A stretch of DNA of 47,277 nucleotides from an uncultured Bacilli bacterium (GTDB taxonomy: Bacteria > Bacillota_I > Bacilli_A > RF39 > UBA660), in NCBI GenBank assembly GCA_947623815.1, contig CANQHO010000002.1, forward strand, positions 1 through 47,277, given 5' to 3'. A program made the position numbers and the translations under genes. Each line of letters begins with the position of its first letter. The first letter of the stretch is position 1. The notes beneath the pieces are model-generated. The model searched no databases and was not told the DNA's origin. It worked only from the letters and a program-made list of their open reading frames with translations. This document shows, piece after piece, positions 1 through 8,479 of this stretch.

Positions 1-82
1 ATTTTCCTTTATTTTCAGGTATAATAGAACTTAAAAAGATAGATTTATTTATCTATCTCTTGACTGAACTGTAACAATAACT

Positions 83-110
83 AAGAAGCAAATGCTTCTT
101 TTTCTTTATT
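83..110 (+). terminator. Rho-independent terminator-like hairpin upstream of def
   Basis: Stem AAGAAGC (83-89) / GCTTCTT (94-100), 4-nt loop, followed by a T-rich tract. Confidence 0.45.
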
Positions 111-152
111 TTTCTTTGATTTTCTGTTAAAATATTCTATGGAGTGATTTCT

Positions 153-701
153 ATGTTTAAAAAGTTAAATATTTTGGATGAAAAAGATAAAACTTTACGT
201 AAACACAGTAAAGAGGCTATTTTTCCAATTTCTGATGAGGAAAAGGATTTAGTTGACCAAATAATCCAAGAATTAACATATAGTCAAATTGAAGAATATG
301 CGGAAAAATATGATTTAAGACCCGGTACTGGACTAGCTTTCCCCCAACTTGGTATTTTAAAAAGAATCATTGTCATTGTGGATGAGTATGAACCAGGTAA
401 GTTTGAAAATTATGTGGTAGTCAATCCTAAAATTGTTTCTTATTCTAAGGAAATGATTGCCGCTGAGGTTGGGGAAGGTTGTTTAAGTGTCAATCGTGAT
501 GTCGATGGCCATGTTCCAAGGCATGCTAGAGTTACTGTCGAAGGTTTTGATTTAAATGGTAATCCTTTAAGAATTAGGGCTAGAGAGGAACTTTCTATTG
601 CCTTTCAACATGAAATTGATCATTTGGATGGAATTTTGTTTTATGATAGAATAAATAAGAAAAAACCATTTTTTACAGAATATGAAATAAGGTTAATTTG
701 A
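153..701 (+). CDS. def: Peptide deformylase
   Basis: Deformylase motifs GEGCLSV and QHEIDHLDG. GGAG Shine-Dalgarno 8 nt before the ATG at 153, so the GTG at 144 in the track is probably an over-extension. TGA stop. Confidence 0.95.
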   Translation: MFKKLNILDEKDKTLRKHSKEAIFPISDEEKDLVDQIIQELTYSQIEEYAEKYDLRPGTGLAFPQLGILKRIIVIVDEYEPGKFENYVVVNPKIVSYSKEMIAAEVGEGCLSVNRDVDGHVPRHARVTVEGFDLNGNPLRIRAREELSIAFQHEIDHLDGILFYDRINKKKPFFTEYEIRLI

Positions 702-709
702 GGTGGATT

Positions 710-814
710 ATGAATAAAAAAAGAAATATGATGTTTACTATTATAAAAGTTACTATACTTGTAATTATTGCTTGTTTAGCATGTATACTTATTTATTACA
801 ATGTTGACGTTTAA
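710..814 (+). CDS. 34-aa hydrophobic peptide (single TM helix), unknown function
   Basis: Not in the ORF track. AGGTGG Shine-Dalgarno 4-5 nt upstream. Sequence MNKKRNMMFTIIKVTILVIIACLACILIYYNVDV. A terminator follows directly. Confidence 0.4.
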   Translation: MNKKRNMMFTIIKVTILVIIACLACILIYYNVDV

Positions 815-846
815 AAAAGGTATCAATTTAAAGATACCTTTTTTTA
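813..846. terminator. Bidirectional terminator between the small + ORF and the giant - ORF
   Basis: AAGGTATC (817-824) / GATACCTT (833-840), flanked by an A-run and a T-run. Overlaps the stop codon of the 844..5214 gene. Confidence 0.6.
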
Positions 847-3800
847 TGGGACAACAAGGTTTAGTGCTTCTGATTCACTTGATCCTGTTTTTCCATCATT
901 GGCAAATTTGACTTCCGAATTTAAAACTACAACAGGACGTACTCCAAGCGAATTATATTTCCAATTGCTCACAAACTGGTAGTTTGAATCCCAATTATAC
1001 AAGAAAGTACCGCTAATGCCAAGCGCCATCCAATAGTATGACCCTATATCTACCATACTATTACCTTTTCCACAGGCTACTGTACTTCTCTCATCATAAC
1101 AATTACTTAATGTTTTTTTTGTCGCCATATTGGTTGTTAATGTTTCCCAATCTGGTTCATCCATATAGTGTACACTTTCGGCTATGGTGGTATTTCCATA
1201 TTTGCTCCATGCTTTACTTGTTCCTAAACTACTCGGCGTTGAGACATATCTTAATAATCTTCCACTGTCTGATGCATCTCCATAATTATCATGATAATAA
1301 CATTCTGGGGTCCCCGCATGAATTAACGTTATCTGTCCGCTGCTAGATACATCTAATACTCGCCAGCCATTGTATTTATTTGGATAACTCCTACTATAGC
1401 ATGTTATACTTTGACTCTTTACTTTTCCATTCGCTGATGCACTGGTTGTATAATCATATATGTTGAATTTCATATCAGTCTTTTCTTCTATTTCAAATAC
1501 TCCATAACTTGGTAATTTACTATTAGCCCATATTGCATCATCTGGTACATAGTTAACATATTTTCCAAAGTGAGTTCCTAAATTTGGATTTACTGTTTCA
1601 ACTACTTGTACTTCTACCACGACCTGTTTATTTGTTAACTTATCTTTTACAATTACATTACTTGTTCCCAATTGGTTTCCTGTTACTTCTCCTTCTTGAT
1701 TAACACTTATTTTACTATCACTTGCTATATACTCCAAATCTACTTTAGAATAGTCTGGTACTTGCACTACATTTATTTTTGTTTTTATTTTACCATTTAC
1801 AATTACTGAAATTTTTTCTGGATACACATTTAAACTTTCAACATTTGGTGGTACCAATTCATATGGATCATCTTCCGTTCCTTTATTATTTGGGGATAAT
1901 TTCCATCCAGGTTTCAGAACTACGACGGGGCGCACTCCATACGAATTGCCGAAACTACCAGCACCCACAAGCTGGCTACCCGGAGCCCAAATATACAATC
2001 TATCTTTACTTACCGAAGATGCTAGCAAATAGTATGAGCCGATGTCTATCATATCATTACCTTTTCCACATTCGGTTGTACTCTCTTGATAGCAGGTCCC
2101 ATGATCGTTTGTATTTAGATAATCTTTTATGTTATATTTGGTATTTCCATTTACTTTATTTAATATCTTATTATAGTCTGTATCATTTAAGTAATGTACA
2201 CTTTCTGCTATGTTTATATTTCCGTATTTCGTCCATGCTTTACTCACTCCTGGGACAATTGAGGTTGATACATTTTCTAATAAATTTCTTGTTGAAGCAG
2301 CATTATTTCTAGTATCTTTATATAGGCATTCTGGGGTTCCGGCATGAATTAGGGTTATTTGTCCACTACTCGATACATCTAAAATTCGCCAGCCATTGTA
2401 TTTATTTTTAAAACTACCATCATGGCATGATATACTTTGACTTTTCGCTTTTCCATTCGCTGATCCACCTGATTTATTATATATGTTAAATGTTCCATGT
2501 GTCTGTGTTTCTGTTTCGGATACTCCATAGTCTGATATTTTACTACTTTCCCATGTTGCTTCAGTTGGGGTGTAATTGACATATGCTCCAAAATGAGATT
2601 CTAAACTTGGAGTTATATCAGCACTTTTAACTTTTACTGTTGATGTTTTTGTTGTTATTTTTCCATTCTTTCCTGTTGCTGTACAACTTATTTCTTTATT
2701 ATCCCCCACACTTAATATCTTAACATTATCTGGTGTACAACTTATTCCACCTGTCCCACTTACTCCCCAGTTAAATGTAAAGTAACTTGATGTATCTTTA
2801 TCTGTACCTTGGGTTATTTCTAATGTTTCACTTGGAGCTGTTACTTCTGGTGATGCTCCATCTACTTTATATAATTCACTACATTTTATTTCCGAATGTA
2901 TACCTACTTCATTTACTGCTTCAAAACATGCTTTTCTAGCACTAGCATTATTTTCTAAATTAACATCTACTGTTGTTTTATTATTTTCTATACTATTTCC
3001 ATCACTACTCGGAACACAATTAGTATCTGTTATACAATAATATAAAGTTATTTTACTTTCTCCTTTGGTTGTTACATCTCCTTTTATCGTAACTAATGTT
3101 TTCCAATCAAATTCCCCTTCTACTGTTGGAGTGATTGTTATTATTGGTTTTATGTTATCAACCTCTGTTACACTTCCAACTTTGGTTTTACTATTTGGTC
3201 CATCCGTTACTTTAGCTGTTACACTTCCATTTGTTGTAAAGTTTAATTTTACTGTATCTCCAGTTACGGTATAATCTTTACTATTTTCGGTACCTTGAGG
3301 ACTTACACTTCCTTCTACTACACTAAATGTTCCACTGGATACATTAAAGCTATGAGTTCCTTCGGTTGGATAAGTTATGGTTACATCTTTATCGGTTTTC
3401 CATCCACCTTCTTCAATACTTATATCTATATCGCCTAAGGTAGCTATAGTAAAATCTTTATGGAATTCTTCTTTCATATTGACATTATTGGTACATCTTA
3501 CATAATAGGTATGACTTCCGGCTTCTTGATTATCATATATTTTTGTTTCTTCGGTTCCATTACTATCCCAACTACTTTCATTGGTACTAAATTCTATTTC
3601 TTTTATTCCGGTTTCAGTATCTTCACAAGTAGTGGTTAAAGTTACACTACTAGTAGTTGTACTTCCAGACAATCCTTCGGTTCCACCTTTGGCAGTTGGT
3701 TTAGTCACATCGATGTTTTCAATATTTTGGGTTTTAGTTACTTCATTGGTTCCATCATTTGCTTTAGCTGTTACACTACCTTTTGTTGTGAACTTTAATT

Positions 3801-5214
3801 TAATGGTATTACCAGTCACTGTATATGTTCCATCGACATCATCGGCATCTCCATCTTCTATGGTAAAGGTCCCGGTAGCTGTAAAGGTATGGGTTCCAAC
3901 ACTTGGATAAGTTATAACTACTGTTTTACCTTCCGTATTACTTGCCCAACCTTGATACCATTTATCTGATTGCTCTATACTTGTTTTAATATCTCCTAAA
4001 CCAGTTACAGTTACATCTTGAGTATTTGTATCTTCCATATTGACATTATTGATACATTTTACATGATAAGTATGTGACCCTTTAGTTTGATTATGATATT
4101 CTTTTACTTTTTCAGTTCCATTACTATCCCAACTTGTTCCATTGGTACTAAATAATATTTCTTTTATATCAGTTTCTTCATCACTACATGTAGCTGTTAA
4201 TATTACTCCATCAGTACCTAAAGCTGTACCTGATAATGATACTTCTGGTTTAGTTACATCTATCTTAGTTACAATATAAGTTACTTCTTTTTCATTTCCA
4301 TCACTGTCACTTACCCTAGCCATTACACTTCCATTCGTTATAAAAGTAACCTTTTGTACTTTTTCAGCACTCAACAATTTATTTTTTTCAATATCTTCTT
4401 TTACTTCTCCATCGGTAATTTGATATTCATATTTATAACCATTTCCTTTTGGATAAGTTATCGTTACTACTTTACCTTTGGTATTACTTACCCAATCTTC
4501 TTCATCAACTGTTATTTTTGGTTCTTCCAAATCATTAGTTACAACTTCTTTTTCCACACTACCTTTTAACCCAATACTATTTTCAACTTCTACTTTTATT
4601 TTATAATTAGTGTGGGCTTTTAAATTTTCAAAAGTATAAGTATTTTCTTCCCCACTATATATTAACCTATCATTTAAATAATAATAATACTTAACAATAT
4701 CATTCTTATCATCATGAGCCTTTATACTAACATCTATTTCATTTGTTTTCGACAACACTTCTAAATTATCGACAATCGGTCTTGATATATTACTATCTGA
4801 TATTGAACCTTCAAAATCACTTTCTTTTCCATTGGAATCAATATCGATAGTTGTATTTCCATCACTTACTTGAATAGTTACATAATCTCTACATACTTCC
4901 ATCTCACCTTCCGTTGGAAGTTCTCCTTCTAATTCAAGTTCTTTTATTGGAATATACATTTTATCATTAACTTTTGTTTCTATTTCATAATCTTCACTAA
5001 AAGAAAAATATACACACTTTTCTTCTCTATTTCTTAATTCCAATAATCTATATTCATTACCTGATTTCACAATACTTCTAACTGATACTTTAAATGAATT
5101 ACTTTCACCTTTACTTATCCAATTAAACACTTTCGGTACAGTTATCATTGATATTATCGATATCACTACAAATACCGCTAGTAATTCAACTAACGTAAAT
5201 CCTTTTTTAATCAT
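844..5214 (-). CDS. Giant (1456 aa) modular type IV pilin-like / pseudopilin-like surface protein
   Basis: N-terminus MIKKGFTLVELLAVFVVISIISMI is a class III (prepilin) signal with G/FTLVE and Glu at +5. Followed by an FN3-like segment, tandem Ig-like modules, a Big_2-like segment and two paralogous Cys-containing C-terminal modules ending GVRPVVVL. Confidence 0.85.
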   Translation of the reverse strand: MIKKGFTLVELLAVFVVISIISMITVPKVFNWISKGESNSFKVSVRSIVKSGNEYRLLELRNREEKCVYFSFSEDYEIETKVNDKMYIPIKELELEGELPTEGEMEVCRDYVTIQVSDGNTTIDIDSNGKESDFEGSISDSNISRPIVDNLEVLSKTNEIDVSIKAHDDKNDIVKYYYYLNDRLIYSGEENTYTFENLKAHTNYKIKVEVENSIGLKGSVEKEVVTNDLEEPKITVDEEDWVSNTKGKVVTITYPKGNGYKYEYQITDGEVKEDIEKNKLLSAEKVQKVTFITNGSVMARVSDSDGNEKEVTYIVTKIDVTKPEVSLSGTALGTDGVILTATCSDEETDIKEILFSTNGTSWDSNGTEKVKEYHNQTKGSHTYHVKCINNVNMEDTNTQDVTVTGLGDIKTSIEQSDKWYQGWASNTEGKTVVITYPSVGTHTFTATGTFTIEDGDADDVDGTYTVTGNTIKLKFTTKGSVTAKANDGTNEVTKTQNIENIDVTKPTAKGGTEGLSGSTTTSSVTLTTTCEDTETGIKEIEFSTNESSWDSNGTEETKIYDNQEAGSHTYYVRCTNNVNMKEEFHKDFTIATLGDIDISIEEGGWKTDKDVTITYPTEGTHSFNVSSGTFSVVEGSVSPQGTENSKDYTVTGDTVKLNFTTNGSVTAKVTDGPNSKTKVGSVTEVDNIKPIITITPTVEGEFDWKTLVTIKGDVTTKGESKITLYYCITDTNCVPSSDGNSIENNKTTVDVNLENNASARKACFEAVNEVGIHSEIKCSELYKVDGASPEVTAPSETLEITQGTDKDTSSYFTFNWGVSGTGGISCTPDNVKILSVGDNKEISCTATGKNGKITTKTSTVKVKSADITPSLESHFGAYVNYTPTEATWESSKISDYGVSETETQTHGTFNIYNKSGGSANGKAKSQSISCHDGSFKNKYNGWRILDVSSSGQITLIHAGTPECLYKDTRNNAASTRNLLENVSTSIVPGVSKAWTKYGNINIAESVHYLNDTDYNKILNKVNGNTKYNIKDYLNTNDHGTCYQESTTECGKGNDMIDIGSYYLLASSVSKDRLYIWAPGSQLVGAGSFGNSYGVRPVVVLKPGWKLSPNNKGTEDDPYELVPPNVESLNVYPEKISVIVNGKIKTKINVVQVPDYSKVDLEYIASDSKISVNQEGEVTGNQLGTSNVIVKDKLTNKQVVVEVQVVETVNPNLGTHFGKYVNYVPDDAIWANSKLPSYGVFEIEEKTDMKFNIYDYTTSASANGKVKSQSITCYSRSYPNKYNGWRVLDVSSSGQITLIHAGTPECYYHDNYGDASDSGRLLRYVSTPSSLGTSKAWSKYGNTTIAESVHYMDEPDWETLTTNMATKKTLSNCYDERSTVACGKGNSMVDIGSYYWMALGISGTFLYNWDSNYQFVSNWKYNSLGVRPVVVLNSEVKFANDGKTGSSESEALNLVVP
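904..1601 (-). repeat. C-terminal module copy 2 (LGTHFGKYVNY ... GVRPVVVLNSEVKF)
   Basis: See copy 1. The two copies are separated by a Big_2-like segment (about 1610-1850). Confidence 0.75.
1897..2604 (-). repeat. C-terminal module copy 1 (LESHFGAYVNY ... GVRPVVVLKPGWKL)
   Basis: Paralogous to 904..1601, with roughly half the residues identical by eye. Shared strings: NKYNGWR-x-LDVSSSGQITLIHAGTPEC, SKAW-x-KYGN, IAESVHY, CGKGN, DIGSYY, GVRPVVVL. Confidence 0.75.
3125..4515 (-). repeat. In-frame tandem coding modules (about 2.5 units of roughly 170 aa) inside the giant pilin-like gene
   Basis: Recurring blocks W-x-TITYP, TKGSVTAK-x-DG, DVTKP, TC-x-D-x-ETGIKEI-x-FSTN-x-SWDSNGTE and GSHTY-x-V-x-C-x-NNVNM seen in the translation. 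Boundaries are approximate. Confidence 0.6.
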
Positions 5215-5428
5215 AATACACCTTACCTCTAGTATTATTTAAACCTAATACATAATCAGTAGTCGTATGATAATACTTGGCTAACTTAATAATTACATCA
5301 ACCGGCATTTTTCTTTTACCAAGTTCATATTCACTATAATACTGTCTACTTATATTTAGATAACTAGCCACATCTCCTTGCCTTTTACAATCTTGGATTC
5401 TTAATGTTCTTAACCGATACTTTGTCAT
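5207..5428 (-). CDS. XRE-family helix-turn-helix transcriptional regulator
   Basis: HTH_3 pattern (QGDVASYLNISRQYYSEYELGKRKMP ... DYVLGL). Its stop overlaps the start of the giant pilin-like gene by 8 nt, so the two are co-transcribed. Confidence 0.85.
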   Translation of the reverse strand: MTKYRLRTLRIQDCKRQGDVASYLNISRQYYSEYELGKRKMPVDVIIKLAKYYHTTTDYVLGLNNTRGKVYYD

Positions 5429-5607
5429 AACTTATTACACTCCTTACCACACACAAAAAGAATTACTATTAAATATATTATTTAATAGATAAATAAGGTA
5501 TTTGTATTACCCTTATCTCAAATACAATATATCACAAAAATATGGGTAATGCAAGTATCTTATTTAAATTAACTATATTATATAAAATTTATATAGAGGT
5601 ACTAAAA

Positions 5608-5826
5608 ATGATTAAATTAAATATTGTTGAACTACTACAACAAAATAACAAAAGTAAATATTGGTTATGTCAAAAAATGAATATTACATCAAGAAACCTA
5701 AATAGAATAATTAGAGGAGAAACAACTTCTATATCCTTTAAATATATAGAAGAGTTTTGTTTTTATTTAAACTGTACTCCTCAGGATTTAATAAAAATAG
5801 TAAAAGAAAAAAAAGAGGATAATTGA
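5608..5826 (+). CDS. XRE/Cro-like helix-turn-helix protein, divergent from 5207..5428
   Basis: SKYWLCQKMNITSRNLNRIIRGE HTH-like segment. AGAGGT Shine-Dalgarno before the ATG at 5608. The 5542 start in the track has no RBS. Confidence 0.7.
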   Translation: MIKLNIVELLQQNNKSKYWLCQKMNITSRNLNRIIRGETTSISFKYIEEFCFYLNCTPQDLIKIVKEKKEDN

Positions 5827-5835
5827 CCTCTTATT

Positions 5836-6363
5836 TTAAAATATACCACTAACCATTTGTTTTAAATATCTAGTATATAAAGTTAAAACTTTAGCTTTTT
5901 TTAAATCTTGTTCAATAGTTACTTCTACCTCATCTATTTTATTACCATTTTCTTTTATTTCTAATAAACCAATTACCTCTCCTTTTTTTATAGGTAATTT
6001 TTTATTATTTAATTTTAAATTATAAGTAATAGTACCTATTTTTTCATTTTTATCTCTTACTACTGAAACATCATCTTTAGCTACAACAGATACTTCTTTA
6101 GTTTCAGCTTTATCAAATTTAACTTTAGTAATTTCTTTACCTTTTTCTAAAATTTTTTGGGCTTTCATTTTAGCATATCCATAATCTAATAAAGAACTAA
6201 CTTCACTATTTCTATCAACGGCTTTTTCTTCTCCCATTACAGTAGCAATTAACCGCATATCATTTTTTAAAGAAGTTGCAGTTAAACAATAACCTGCCGT
6301 TTCTGTAAAACCTGTTTTAAGTCCATCAACAATAGAGTTAAATCTTACTAATTTATTAGTATT
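5836..6363 (-). pseudogene. C-terminal fragment of a PBP5/DacF-type D-alanyl-D-alanine carboxypeptidase (piece 3 of 3)
   Basis: Reading upstream of the track ORF gives NTNKLVRFNSIVDGLKTGFTETAGYCLTATS, containing the KTG motif, then the PBP5 C-terminal domain. No start codon of its own at the 5' end. Confidence 0.85.
6352..6363. repeat. 12-bp direct repeat TTTATTAGTATT (left att core of the small element)
   Basis: Identical 12-mer at 8204..8215. The flanking bases differ on both sides at both copies. Confidence 0.85.
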
Positions 6364-6399
6364 TAAAATTTACAATAAAATATTCAAAATTTCATTATT

Positions 6400-6708
6400 T
6401 TATATAAGTTTTTTTTCTCTATCTTTAGATGCAATACATTCACCATTTACATTATATAGTGCAACACTAGTTATTTCTTTCAAATCGTTTAAATATCGAT
6501 TTAATAAATCATCTATCGAAATAAATTTTGGAATGTCATCATCATCAAATATAGGATTAGTTTCAGCAAATCCAACCATAAAACCTTCAATAGTTTGGCA
6601 ATATTCACCTATAGAATATTTATCATTATAAAAATAAACTATTCTATACCCCTCTTCATAATCTTTTCCACCTTTATTCTTTTTCAACTCAATTGGTGAA
6701 ATATTCAT
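6400..6708 (-). CDS. Hypothetical 102-aa acidic protein inside the small element
   Basis: Clean ORF downstream of the recombinase. No recognisable motif. The position makes a directionality factor conceivable, but this is unsupported. Confidence 0.5.
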   Translation of the reverse strand: MNISPIELKKNKGGKDYEEGYRIVYFYNDKYSIGEYCQTIEGFMVGFAETNPIFDDDDIPKFISIDDLLNRYLNDLKEITSVALYNVNGECIASKDREKKLI

Positions 6709-6763
6709 AGTATCATCTCCATTAAAAATATTATATCATATTCATTTTTACAAAAAAAGCAAC

Positions 6764-8011
6764 CTAATTGCTTTTAAATTTTACATTACAAATTTTTATT
6801 TTTTTAGTAGATTTATCTACTTTTATTACCTCAACAAATCTTTCTAAAAATTGTCGTCTCTCTTTATTAGTCAAATACTTCCAGTTTAGTTTAATATCTA
6901 CAACTAAATCTTTTATATCAACCAAATCATATAACTTTCCAATATCTTCATCAAATTCCATATTTTTTAAAGTGCTTAAAAAATTCACAAACTCTTTTTC
7001 TATATTATTATGGGAAAAACCACCACAATCACAACAACCTTTAGAAGAATTATTACATCTATAAGTAATATATAATTTGTCATTTTGTTTTTGTTGTCTA
7101 GCCGATATTTTCCCTCCACATTTTCCACATCTTATAGTAGGAAAATAATAAGAGTTTTCACTTGGATACCTTCTGATTTGATAACCTTTTCTTGTTTTCA
7201 TTATACTATTGGCTAAAGTCCATTTTTTTTTACTAACTATAGATTCTATACCATTACTTTTAACAGTAAATGATCTATCTTTATTTTTTTTATGAACACC
7301 ATATCTAATTTTACCAATATATAATGGATTACTAATTATAGATTTTATTGTTGCGGCTGACCAATTTCCTCCTCTTTTAGTCGGTACATTTTCTTTATTA
7401 AATAGTTGGGCTATTTTAAAATAAGATTTGCCTTCTATATATAAATCAAATATTTTGTTGACCAGTTTTTTTTCCAAATTATTAACAACTAATTTTTGTT
7501 CTCCAACAATATAATCATATCCATAAACTCCATTAGTATTTGTATAATTACCCTCTCTAGTTTTTTGTTCATAACCAAAAGAAACTCTTTCAGCAAGATT
7601 TTCTCTTTCAAATTCCGCAAAAATTCCTATTATTTTGACAAACATTCTTCCAACCGCATTAGAAGTATCAATTTTTTCTGTTTGAGAATTAAATGTACAA
7701 TCACATTTTTCAAACAATTCAATTAAATAAATTAAATCCTTAACACTTCTAGTAAGTCTATCTAATTTATATATTAACACATTATTTATTTTCTTTTTTT
7801 GGACATCTTCAAGTAACCTAGTTACCTCTGGTCTCTCTTCTAAATTTTTACCACTTATCCCATCATCTACATAGTAATCAAATATATTCCAATCATTTAC
7901 TTCCGCATATTTAGTTAATTTTTCTCTTTGAGCATGAATTGAAAATCCATCTTTGGCTTGATCCTCAGTTGATACCCGGATATAAATGCCTGTCATAATT
8001 TTCTCGTCCAT
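6764..8011 (-). CDS. Serine recombinase (resolvase domain + recombinase domain + Cys-rich zinc ribbon)
   Basis: N-terminus GIYIRVSTEDQ carries the catalytic Ser motif. Also LIYKLDRLTRS and RCGKCGG ... YRCNNSSKGCCDCGG. Confidence 0.9.
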   Translation of the reverse strand: MDEKIMTGIYIRVSTEDQAKDGFSIHAQREKLTKYAEVNDWNIFDYYVDDGISGKNLEERPEVTRLLEDVQKKKINNVLIYKLDRLTRSVKDLIYLIELFEKCDCTFNSQTEKIDTSNAVGRMFVKIIGIFAEFERENLAERVSFGYEQKTREGNYTNTNGVYGYDYIVGEQKLVVNNLEKKLVNKIFDLYIEGKSYFKIAQLFNKENVPTKRGGNWSAATIKSIISNPLYIGKIRYGVHKKNKDRSFTVKSNGIESIVSKKKWTLANSIMKTRKGYQIRRYPSENSYYFPTIRCGKCGGKISARQQKQNDKLYITYRCNNSSKGCCDCGGFSHNNIEKEFVNFLSTLKNMEFDEDIGKLYDLVDIKDLVVDIKLNWKYLTNKERRQFLERFVEVIKVDKSTKKIKICNVKFKSN

Positions 8012-8022
8012 TTTAATCCTTA

Positions 8023-8127
8023 CTAAATAGATTCATTTTTCGATTCCAAAATTCTAGGTATACTTGTATTTTGAAAAAATCTCATAATTTCTAATTGAAC
8101 ATCTCTCGATATAATATCATCTATCAT
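8023..8127 (-). CDS. 34-aa ORF upstream of the small-element recombinase
   Basis: Not in the track. GGTGA Shine-Dalgarno, sequence MIDDIISRDVQLEIMRFFQNTSIPRILESKNESI. Speculative. Confidence 0.25.
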   Translation of the reverse strand: MIDDIISRDVQLEIMRFFQNTSIPRILESKNESI

Positions 8128-8203
8128 TAAGATCACCACTTTCTAATAAAGTATAGATAAATTTTTTTTAAATATTCAAATTATTGTAAAATTTAAATTC
8201 AAC

Positions 8204-8215
8204 TTTATTAGTATT
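8204..8215. repeat. 12-bp direct repeat TTTATTAGTATT (right att core of the small element)
   Basis: Identical to 6352..6363. Encodes NTNK of the dac frame at both copies. Confidence 0.85.
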
Positions 8216-8479
8216 AACTAACCAAAATTCTCTTTCGGTACCTTTTCTTAAATAATCTTCATAAATAGAAGTAAATTCTAATACTTTTTTATGTTTTACT
8301 AATTCCCTACCTAACATAGCCATATCATAAGCACTAGAATAATGATCAGCTGTATCTAAACCATGAGGATTTTTAAAATGGGTATCTTTTAACCCTAATT
8401 CTTTTACTTTATTATTCATAAGTTTAACAAATTCATCGACACTACCGGCTACTGCTTCCGCTAAAGCTACCACGGCATC
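8204..8479 (-). pseudogene. Middle fragment of the PBP5/DacF-type carboxypeptidase (piece 2 of 3)
   Basis: DAVVALAEAVAGSVDEFVKLMNNKVKELGLKDTHFKNPHGL ... FWLVNTNK. Continues exactly from ASGN of piece 1 and into LVRFNS of piece 3. Confidence 0.85.

Larger units (their letters stand above)
6364..8203 (-). mobile_element. Minimal serine-recombinase element (about 1.85 kb counting one repeat copy) inserted in the dac gene
   Basis: Bounded by the 12-bp direct repeat. Inner ends are imperfect inverted repeats (AAAATTTACAATAA at 6365-6378 versus the reverse complement AAATTTTACAATAA near 8181-8194). Encodes only a recombinase and two small ORFs. Confidence 0.8.

Noticed and set aside
3125-4515. The repetitive DNA as a CRISPR array or non-coding tandem repeat
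   Set aside because: The repeats are about 500 nt long, diverged, in frame and translate into Ig-like modules. No short repeat-spacer periodicity appears anywhere in the window.
1038-4569. Plus-strand ORFs inside the giant gene (1038..1346, 1779..2312, 3065..3274, 3581..3910, 4354..4569) and the minus-strand out-of-frame ORF 2379..2591
   Set aside because: They are antisense or out of frame to a 1456-codon ORF with clear domain structure. Their translations are low-complexity F/L/S/Y-rich strings, and none has an RBS.
5429-5607. Operator-like inverted repeats in the divergent XRE intergenic region (around GGTATTTGTATTACC ... CAAATACAAT)
   Set aside because: The arms are imperfect and the region is so AT-rich that similar near-palindromes occur by chance. 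It is not reported as a feature.
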